Below the pieces are notes generated by a model, which was not told where the DNA came from, did not search any database, and saw only the letters and a list, made by a program, of their open reading frames with translations. From the NCBI RefSeq assembly GCF_041956535.1, contig NW_027192215.1, positions 365,179-429,178 on the forward strand: a DNA stretch of 64,000 bases, written 5' to 3'. The position numbers were made by a program, and so were the translations under genes. Shown piece after piece: positions 40,084 to 50,845 of the stretch (its first letter is position 1; every line of letters begins with the position of its first letter). The DNA comes from Calcarisporiella thermophila CBS 279.70. Lineage: Eukaryota; Fungi; Calcarisporiellomycota.

Positions 40084-40776
40084 ATGCTTCATCGAACCTT
40101 TCATTTATTATTTTTGTCCATCCTTTTTTTATTCATTGCGACCACTTTTGCTGAAGAGCCTTGTCCGCTCGGAGCGGATCCAGAAACGTATATCGATGAT
40201 ATGAAAAAATGTTCTTTTGAACAAATCTATCAACTGTTTCTCAGCTTAGACGCTGGTCCGATACCTGACTATGGTGAGAGGGTTGACTTTGAATATATCA
40301 AGCTGTGCCGGTCATCGGAATGCAAAGGCCTTGATAAATTCCTAGTCATGTTTCTGAAGTTCATTGAGTTTCTTGGCGCCAAAGGTGCGAAATGGTTTAA
40401 TCCGGGGGTGATATTTTACACAGGCCCTAAAGGTGGTACTGTGATAAATCGATTTTTTGGAAAGCTTGATAAAAAATTCGTTAAGGGATCAGTACAATAT
40501 TATGAATATCCCGCCGATGGAAAAGAAGCGATTACACTTCGTTGGAAGATGCCTATAATTCGATCGCATGTACTCGATATTATGCGCACCATATCACCGG
40601 GTCATTACCTTGGAATGACACTTGCGCCTGAAAAACCAACTCCTGGTGCTTTCTGGCTCGGAAGAAGCGATAAGAGTGAAGAAACAGTAGAAGCAGAGGA
40701 AGAAGAGGAGGAGGAAGAAGAGGACGTTGAGGGGAAGGAGGAAGAAGGAGAAAAGGAGAGCAAAAAGGAAGTGTAG
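40084..40776 (+). CDS. Intronless secreted hypothetical protein with acidic C-terminal tail
   Basis: 230-aa ORF with a signal peptide ending TFA|EE, a globular core (LFLSLDAGPIP...DGKEAITL...LDIMRTISPGHYLG) and an E/K-rich tail. Confidence 0.85.
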   Translation: MLHRTFHLLFLSILFLFIATTFAEEPCPLGADPETYIDDMKKCSFEQIYQLFLSLDAGPIPDYGERVDFEYIKLCRSSECKGLDKFLVMFLKFIEFLGAKGAKWFNPGVIFYTGPKGGTVINRFFGKLDKKFVKGSVQYYEYPADGKEAITLRWKMPIIRSHVLDIMRTISPGHYLGMTLAPEKPTPGAFWLGRSDKSEETVEAEEEEEEEEEDVEGKEEEGEKESKKEV

Positions 40777-41231
40777 TTTAAATTATTTCTTGGACCGATG
40801 TAGAATGCACTATTAACATTAGAAAATTAAAAATACTCTTAACTCTATTTGATTCACCTTTGTGCTAAAATCGATCTGTGCAATTTCAATATTTACATTT
40901 ATATTCTCGGTACACTTTGCACCATCTTTAGATACACCAGAATCTAAGATAGAATAGATGGCACAGTACAATAATTTCTGAGCTTCGTTTTTCACATTCA
41001 CACATTTCAATGCTAATATGATTTCAAGGGGTAGCCCATGCGATTGAGTTACCAAGCATTTCAAATAATGTGTATTATCTCCGGGATAGTTCAGGTCGCT
41101 ATATAAACCACGATATTAACATTATAAAGAATTGCTAATACAGTTTTCATTAGGCATTGATATAGAGTAGATGATACTAATAAAATTAAGTCATACAACA
41201 AGTATGTTTACTTGTAGACCAGGAAAAAAAA

Positions 41232-43871
41232 TTAAGTAGATCTATTAGGATGCTTGGAGGCTCTTTGCTTTGATTTGTTTTCACATTTTTTTGGCAGCTT
41301 GNNNNNNNNNNNNNNNNNNNNNNNNNNNNNNNNNNNNNNNNNNNNNNNNNNNNNNNNNNNNNNNNNNNNNNNNNNNNNNNNNNNNNNNNNNNNNNNNNNN
41401 NNNNNNNNNNNNNNNNNNNNNNNNNNNNNNNNNNNNNNNNNNNNNNNNNNNNNNNNNNNNNNNNNNNNNNNNNNNNNNNNNNNNNNNNNNNNNNNNNNNN
41501 NNNNNNNNNNNNNNNNNNNNNNNNNNNNNNNNNNNNNNNNNNNNNNNNNNNNNNNNNNNNNNNNNNNNNNNNNNNNNNNNNNNNNNNNNNNNNNNNNNNN
41601 NNNNNNNNNNNNNNNNNNNNNNNNNNNNNNNNNNNNNNNNNNNNNNNNNNNNNNNNNNNNNNNNNNNNNNNNNNNNNNNNNNNNNNNNNNNNNNNNNNNN
41701 NNNNNNNNNNNNNNNNNNNNNNNNNNNNNNNNNNNNNNNNNNNNNNNNNNNNNNNNNNNNNNNNNNNNNNNNNNNNNNNNNNNNNNNNNNNNNNNNNNNN
41801 NNNNNNNNNNNNNNNNNNNNNNNNNNNNNNNNNNNNNNNNNNNNNNNNNNNNNNNNNNNNNNNNNNNNNNNNNNNNNNNNNNNNNNNNNNNNNNNNNNNN
41901 NNNNNNNNNNNNNNNNNNNNNNNNNNNNNNNNNNNNNNNNNNNNNNNNNNNNNNNNNNNNNNNNNNNNNNNNNNNNNNNNNNNNNAGACCTCTCCCATGT
42001 CATGTGCTTCTTTAAACTCATCCATGCTGGAATAAGTTTCAGGATTGCTTTTTTTACTTGTTGAATAGGGATATCTGCGAATGCCACTCCCAAACAAATA
42101 TTCTCCTATTACAAATTCGGCGCTGCGATCGTGGCTAGATTTGACGCGGAGTATAGTTGCAAAAAAGTCCCCCCATCCCTCTCCCATCCCTAACGTAGCG
42201 GCAAAAGAAGTAAAATATTAAAAATTTACATCCTTCATTAAAATCAATGATATTTTTTTTGTACCTTCAGCTTCACCCCACGACAAACAATTTACATTGG
42301 ACGGACCGCCAGTAAGGCGATTGCTGATACCATGAGTGAATTCGTGGACAATGATTCCTGCGTCCAAATCTCCGTCTCGTTTTGGATTATTGCTTGTTCC
42401 CAAATGCATTTGCATTGTTGGATGCTTGCCATCCACGGGTGTTCCGAAATATGCATTATCGGTATCACTTCCATCTTGTGCATAAGCAAGTACTGCATCC
42501 CCTTCCTTGCCACCTTTTTCGAAATTGTCATCTTGGAAATTACCCGATACCTTATCAAATAGTGAACCGGCAGTAGGTAATAGTGAGAGGGCCAATTTAG
42601 TTTTTACCAATTTATAATTAAAAATTTTACAAATACGCTACCTCATTGAATCCATAACGATAGAAAAGGTCATGAACCTGTTTTAGGTTAGATAGTATTC
42701 ATCAATATCAAATCAATAGTGTGAGAAGTATTTCATAAGACTATGGAATGAATAAAGGAGTACTGTTACTTACGATATTGTTCCAATAGAACAAATTTGT
42801 TATCGAGGCATTCAAATAAGCCTTGGGTTCTTTGGTCAAATCGAGCGGGAAATCATACACGTTGTCCTTACCCACCGTTGGTCGGAATTTATTCCCCCAC
42901 CTCTGTAGATTGCTATCGCCCTTAAGATTCTCCTGAGCATAGACATTGTTTCCCATTGTAGTTCTAGAGTGTTCGGCGCCCTCTTTAAAATGCCAGCCAT
43001 TGGGTGAAGAGATTTTGTCTTGGGGATCAGCCAGCAGCTTTCGAGAGCCCTCAGACGGATCTGTAGTACCAAATGGAAACACTCGGTAGGCTGCTTCACT
43101 TATCCAGTCCAAGATTGATACTACTTCTCCGGTATGAGCGTCAATGTAAGCTTGGAACCAATTGAGTTTCATTTGTACGTCGAGCTCCCATACGGTTTTA
43201 AGTTTTCGACCATTTTCTGTATGAATCAAAACCTTCCTCACGGGGACTTTCTTGTCGGACGTCGCAAAGGGTACGTTAGAAAGGATGATAGGCCCATTGC
43301 CTCGAAGCGAAGCACCTCTCTCAATCTCAATGCTTTTCGGATCGACAATATCCAATTTTAGATATTTTGCAAATGACAATAGAGCATCCTTTGGGTCAAT
43401 AGATGTAGCAGTAGGCGCACGGCGTCTTAACTTGGAGTCACCCTTAGTTTTTTCTCCAGAGATAGGGTCCTCTTCGCGGAAGAAGGAATTGCCATAGGAG
43501 ATGACTTTATTCTTTTTATCCACATTGATATTGATATCTCCGTTGACAACCTCGAGTCCGTCAATGATTTGGCGTAGATAAACGTGCGTGATTCCGTTGA
43601 GGTCAGTGCGATAGGCGTCTTTCACAACGAATTCTGAGCCAGTGAGATGTTCATGCGCAAATTGAGCTGCCGCCTTCTGAGGGGTTTGTTTCCTAAGAAA
43701 CGACTGAGAGAGCCCTTGGGGTATCTTATAGGGGTCGGTTGTATAGTTTAGGAAGTTTGTTAGATCAGGCCCAAAACTTTTGTTGCGAATGCGACCATTA
43801 TTGTTCTTGGCGGAAGCCACCAAGTTAACAAACAAGGCCAAAGAAATACAGAAATATAGAGCGGTTTTCAT
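41232..43871 (-). CDS. Fungalysin (M36) metallopeptidase, copy B; 3' part in assembly gap
   Basis: Same architecture as copy A, with HEFTHGISNRLTGG and MGEGWGD. After the gap (41302-41985) it reads KLPKKCENKSKQRASKHPNRST*. Confidence 0.93.
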
Positions 43872-45543
43872 AAGGTAACTAATATAATGAGAGGAGGGAC
43901 ACTAAGGAGTGGATGAGTTATGATAATTGTCGGAAAGAAAGAATTAGCGATGGAAGTGAAGGTATAAGCAATTTGGCTTAGTATTTATCTATGTTTACGA
44001 AGATAAGCACAATTAGATAATTTTAAGCTTGTGCGCTCTTTGGTATATCAATTTCGAATACAGTGTTTTTTCATTTGGCGATCCCATGACCATGTAAAGC
44101 TGGCAAGGAAATTTTCTACTCTCTAGTAGCTTTGAATAGGTTACGCGAACAAATTTGTCTTACGCGTGGACGGTATGGTCAACCTTACCTCAACTATTGG
44201 TGAATTTGTATTGTGACATTGTGACTGTATAACTTAATTCATCTCCGATCTTTTTTCATTGTATATACATTCTGTTTGCTTGGCAATATGACAACTCAAA
44301 GACTGAATTACAATGAAAATAGAGATTCTGATATGACGAAATGCTGATTTCTAATGAGAATATCGAAGAGTCGTGTAAGCGTTACTGTCACACTAGAGGA
44401 AACTCGTCAATTAAGGATTAGGAATCTAAAATTGTAAAAAAATACCTTCGCCATATCATGTTTTACTACGCATTCAGTCTTATTATAAATCCTATTAACC
44501 TTGTTATTTCATAAACTATATACTTTTTACTAGTATATCCGCTCTAGTGATTATCAACGGCACTAAAATATTCCGCAGAGTTCCTAAGGATTGCATTTGC
44601 GCAATGTAAGCAGAAAAATGGATAACTTTCATTTTTATGGAATCCTTTAAAGCAACTCCATAAACATTTTGAAGTTCAATTGAATGGATAAGGTAAAGCG
44701 GGTTTCATGATTTGTATGAATCTAAACATGCAGTGAGAAGGAGATTTTCGAGCAAAAGCTGCAAATATTTAACAAACTCTGTAGGTAATAACAAATCTGT
44801 GATACATTTTTTATTAGAATATCGATGGTATAAATCATTTACTAAGATTAAGTGGCTAATGCTTAAGAATATAATATATTATTCATTTATATGGTTTTTA
44901 TTGCTCAAGACAAGTGAATATTAAATACTAATCTACCTCTGGCTCTTGATGTAACTTTGATTACATTTAAATACATACAATATATTAGCTATAGATAAAA
45001 TTCCAAAAAATAAAAATTATAAAGCTCTGAGATAAAGATTCCCTAATATACCCTTAACATAAAGTTTACTTAACATAACAATAGAATGATATATAATCAG
45101 AAAAATTCTACCAATTCCTATGCCATTTTTATTTTGCAGCTTTGACTAATATTTATTAAAGTTGCTTACTTGGTAGGATATAATCTGATAGCGCTTAGTA
45201 AATATATGCCACCGTAGAATTTGATAAATGCACATTGGCTGCTAAGCTTTGCTCTCAATCTGAGTCATTAAGATTTACATGAAATTGAAGTGAGCCAAAC
45301 GAACTCGCTGTACTATCTCCATATTACATACTATCCCTTGGAACTTAATACGAAAGCAAGTAGATTACCAGTACAATATCAGGAGATATAAAAATTTATG
45401 TCTTGATTCCTAGGCCTTTCGTTCCATTATTCTTAAAAACATTTACTTTATTAAATGAATCTCCACATCATACAAGACCGTATGAATACAATTACGTAGA
45501 AAATAAAAAGGAGTATTATTATCGAAAATATTTAAGTAGCGTA

Positions 45544-47955
45544 TTACGTTGAAATACCCTCACATTTCTTGGGCACTTCAAAGTTCTCTTGTCGTTTTCC
45601 TGATCCATCTGTATTCTGCTCAATAAGTTTAGCATTTACACCGAGGCCACGTTTGGCGAAACCTCGCCAAATTTCACACTCGTTTGCTCCATTAGTGAGG
45701 AGCTTATCTGCTTGAATGATAGCATCACGAGCGTTGATGAAAGTGGGCAGGCAGGGTTGGAGTTTCATACCATCAACCACAAGTTGCAAAATCAACGTAT
45801 TGCCGAATTTAAGGATATGTTCGCGGACCTCCTTTTCGTTCGTCGATAGCGGAGGGAACCATTTTTCAGTAAAGCCATGCTTTTCGACGAAATTCCAGAA
45901 AACTGCGATTAAAAATTAAGGGTGAGAAGTTTACCGAGAATGAACATGCAATATGTTTGATAATCGCATTAGGTGAAAGTGAATTTACCTTCATAGAGAA
46001 TATTTGCCCAGACAGCCCCCTTAGCATGTGGTCCCTTGTATCCACTCTTATCCATGATTCCATATGTCTCAGGATTGGTGGTTTTGCTTGTGGAATAGGG
46101 ATATTTACGGATGCCTTTCTTAAATAGATATTCTCCCATGACAAACTCAGTCTTGCGATCTTGATTAGGTTTAACACGAAGTATAGTGGCAAAAAAGTCG
46201 CCCCATCCCTCGCCCATTCCTAGAAACAAAAGAAATTAGTGTGATAATAAAAAACATTTTACGTAACTAACTGGAAGAAAGTATAAAAGTAGAAGGTATC
46301 TCCATAGTATTCGATAACATAGCGAACAGTTACCTTTAGCTTCGCCCCATGTCAAACAATTTACATTGGAGGGTCCTCCGGTCAGACGATTACTGATTCC
46401 ATGTGAGTATTCGTGTACAATGATACCAGAGTCCAAATCTCCATCACGTTGCGGATTCGTGGCCGTCCCCAAGAACATTTGCATTGTGGGCTTCTTGCCA
46501 TCGGCAGTGGACCAAAAGTATGCATTATCAGAATCCGATCCGTCTTGAGCAAAGGCGATTACTGCATCACCTCCCTTGCCACCTTTTTCGAAATTGTCCT
46601 CTTGAAAATTACCAGAAACCTTACGAAGAGTTGAAGAAAGGAAAAGAGGTAAACAGAATGTCAGAAAAATAATACATTACGGTGCCAGGTGACGGTTTAT
46701 AAGCTATTGATTTGAATTACCTCGTTAAAACCATATCGGTAGAAGAGATCGTGTATCTGTAGTAATATGGAGAAAATTATTGGAATTTTGACTTTATATA
46801 CAGCATATTCGATAATTGAGCTTGTTAAGTGAGATCAAGATTTAGATAATTTACCACATTATTCCAGTAAAACAGATTGGTAATCGAGGCATTCAAATAA
46901 GCCTTGGGCTCTTTGGCCAAATCGAGCGGAAAATCATATACATTGTTCTTACCCCCCGAAGGCCGAAACTTACCCTCCCACCCCTGTAGGTCGCTATCAC
47001 CCTTGAGATTCTCCTGAGCATAAACGTTATTTCCCATCGTAGTACCAGAGTATTCTGCACCCTCCTTAAAATGCCAGCCATTAGGCGAGGAGATTTTATC
47101 ATGCGGGTCAGTAAGCAACTTTCGAGGGCCTATTGATGGGTCATTCGTACCGAATGGGAACACTTGGTAGGCCGCATCACTCACTCTATCCGAGATTGCA
47201 ATTACTTCTCCTGATTGTGCGTCAATGTGAGCTTGGAACCAATTGAGTTTCATTTTGACGTCGAGTTCCCAAACGGTTTTAAGTTCGCGACCCTGATTCG
47301 TATGAATCAATGCCTTTAGCACTGGAACTTTGTTGTCAGAGGTTGAAAAGGGTACATTAGAAAGAAGTATTCGACCCTCTCCTCTAAGGGAATCGCTCTT
47401 TTCAATTTTGATGCTCTTTGGATCCGGAATCTCTAATTTCAGATGCTTTGCAAAAGATAGGAGAGCCTGCTTTGGGTCGATAGTAGGAGTAGCAAGCGCG
47501 CGGCGTCTTATTTTCGTTTTAGTGTTGTCACCATCTCCAGTGGGTGGTTGATTCTTCTCACGGAAAAAAGTGTTGCCATAAGAGACGATCTTATTATTTT
47601 TATCCACATTGATATTGATATCTCCGTTAACCACTTCGAGTCCCTCGATGATTTGTCGCAAGTAGACATGTGTGACTCCGTTAAGATCCGTGTGATAGAC
47701 ATCTTTCACTAAGAATTCGGACCCTGTAAGGTGCTCCCGCGCAAATTGAGTTGCCACTTTTTGAGGTGTTTGTTTCTTTAAGAATGTTCGAGCTCGTCCC
47801 TGTTGTATCTTTAATGGATCAGTTGTAAAATTAAGAAAGTTGGATAGATCAGGGCCAAACGTTTGCTCGTGGATGCGGCCATTTTTATCCTTGGCGGATG
47901 CCACGAGGGTCGCAACCGAGGCCAATATTACACATATAAAAATGATATTCTTCAT
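45544..47955 (-). CDS. Fungalysin (M36) metallopeptidase, copy C (complete)
   Basis: [73 protein letters not shown]. Confidence 0.95.
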
Positions 47956-50845
47956 ATAGAATTAAAAGAGAGTACTTGAGCTAATATTAAATAGGTATTT
48001 TAAGGAATGGGATAAGTGTTAGATTTGGAAAAATGAGAGGATGGCGACCAGAGGAGTCAGGCTTCAGCACGGTATTTATACTTTTCCTTGTTTTGATCTT
48101 TCATTAGAGTTTACAAGCAATTAGCTTTTGATCTCTACATTCAAAAGTATAGTGCTTAATTACTAAATACTTGCGATTGGCAATCTCATGACAATTGCAC
48201 CTTTAAAATGAGATTCCTTGTGTTTTGCCCTGAAAATTTGTGTAAGTTGTACAGCTATTTTATTACAAATACACTATTTAACCCTTAGGGTCTGCTTAGC
48301 TATTGATGAAATTCTTTTTGGCACCAAATCTCCCTAGGGGCATGGGGATTGAGTGATATTTATGGAGCCCACTTACTTGCAAGGAACCGAAATAAATGGT
48401 AATTCTGAGACATAGAAATACTGTACGAAGGGGTTATAATTCTGGCAAAATACCATTGACCCTAGGGTTACAAATGCTTTTCAATTTTCTATAGAATGAC
48501 ACCATTTTAAGATTGAGTTTTTCTGTTTGTATAGTAGCCGAATAAAGCCTGTTCTACCTAGGATAAATGAGGCGTTGAGTTTTCCACGAGTAAGTTTAGA
48601 AATATTGGATAATACAACCATGCTTGAGCTCATCGACGTTGCTCAGAAGCAAGAGGGAGGTAGGCTTATAGACCGGAGTGCATGAACAAAGCTCAGGCTA
48701 AAATGGCTCTCGGGGGAATGAGAGCCTTTCCATCCTTGTAAATTTTTTTTTGCAATATCGAAACCCCAATTCAATATGTATTATAGCCTGTTAATGGAGT
48801 TAAATTATCTAGCATTTCCAGCTGCCAACTGACAGTTGTTAAGCTTTCTTTCAGTGATTAAATATGACTGCTTCGTGTAGTTCTGTTAGTTGATATTCCT
48901 ATGAGTATTATCGGCAAACTAAAAATAAACCCTAAGGTAGATCACTATCTCATGTGACCCGGAAAATATTCAAGTGAAAAAAACTATAAATTCTTGGAGA
49001 GGCCAGTCAACTCTTGTGTCACTATTGACGGAATATACAGTGCATCGCCTTGTTTTTTACCGCTGAGTATGCCAATGATGCAATCAAGTCTGTTTTGTAT
49101 TATGAAGGAACACAGTACCTCTGTTCCAACCTGTGTCCCAAGATGAGTCACATTGCATTATGATCACTTGGAAGAATTTACCAAAATCGATGTGATATCG
49201 AAATGATATATGTCGAAATGATATACTAGGAAAAAGAACTGGTACCTCTATGGCTCAACAAAGCAATAGTGATTCAATGAATTAATATTATTAACGTTGG
49301 GTTAACCTAAACCAACTTTGAAATGGCACCGGCAAAATTTTGCATAAGAATATATCAAAATTGCAAGGAGATGATAGTGAATTGTGCGCCAACCACTGTA
49401 CACTGCTCATTTAAGCCATTACTCGAGGATCTATCCCTTCGTAATATCACGAAACAATTCTTGTGCTCGAATCTAATTATCAGAGTTTTGTTCAGCTTGT
49501 AATTATGTGATGCTCACGTCGTGAAATGGAATTGCGTACCACATGCTGGTTGTGAATTTTTTATAGTAGCATTCAGACAATAAAGAAAAAAAAAATTTTT
49601 CAATCAGTTTTTACATGTTTGACATCAAATATTATGTTATATACTAGTAAAGTTTTTATTTAGACATCTTATGTCGACCTAATCAATAAGCATTCTATCA
49701 TGTTGCTATTTTAAATCAATTTAAATTTCGGATATATTTTGCTTAGATAATTCTGCTAGCTTAGTCGGAATTTACTTCAACACGTGGAACCATACCTCCT
49801 TACATCTGCTAAAGTTGGCAAGTGTTACAGTACTTTTGGTGATACCTATATTTTACAAATATACTGTATGAAATATAGGGGAGACTAAAAGAGATGGAAA
49901 TTGCAAATGCTGTTAAGGATCCAGTAACGGATGAAAGGCCAGGAAGTTCAGAGCATATACAAAGAAAGGACTGTAATGAGGCTAGCAACTGGTGAAAATA
50001 AAAAAAGAGTATTCTGATGTGCTGTCGTCTTATATGGGCAAGTAAGTTGTTGATAATTCGTCTATAATATTGGGAAAAGAAGGAATATCTACACCCATCC
50101 TTATTTTTCATACTACAGTATATTACAGTATCTGACATTGTATATTCAACATAACACCACAAACATAGTTAATAAGCATATCCAAATATATTCGCGGGAT
50201 ATAATACACTCTATCCCATCGTGCATTATAGAAAAATGAGATTTACTATAGAAATAGACTGATAAATTTTTCAATATTCATAAGAGGTTTATTCATTACC
50301 ATCGAATCAAGCTAGGTACGAAGAAATAAAAGCAGACTGTAAAATTTACCCCTATTAAAATATAAGTTTTCTATATAAATGAATGCCCTTCTAAAAGGAT
50401 ATTTCCTCGGTAGTTTTAATACTAGCTCTCTCCCTTTAATAATGAGTTCATTTCTAGTTATTTTATCAGTTATTTTCTGGTTATGGCGCAATTCACCACT
50501 TAAATTCCCATCGAGAACACAAATAATAGGATGATTATGCAATGAATACAGATTTCATCTCCTATAGTTAGACTAACGGTCGCTATAAATTATGCTTGGC
50601 GAGCATCGCATTATCCTTCGCAGTAATATCTGAACTTCTAGACCTATTCTTGCAAGATATCACAAATATACCAGTGCGGCTATGAAAACTATCATTTAAC
50701 ATTAAGCTTCGACATACCACCGATATGCGGAATCTATTCCCTTTCAACCTCTTGACAGATCAACCGATTCAGGTAAACAGGAGAATGTATAGGAACGAAT
50801 ACATTTCCTGTTAGCTTAGATTAGCCTTCACAGGCTCGGCCAATG

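Noticed and set aside
41186-42187. Long ORFs full of X in the ORF track (also 36335-36998 and 53248-54276)
   Set aside because: Artefacts of translating through N gaps.
49198-49225. Short duplication TCGAAATGATATA x2 (also the GTATTCACA repeat near 5535-5555)
   Set aside because: Simple slippage duplications; no spacers or array structure, so not CRISPR-like.
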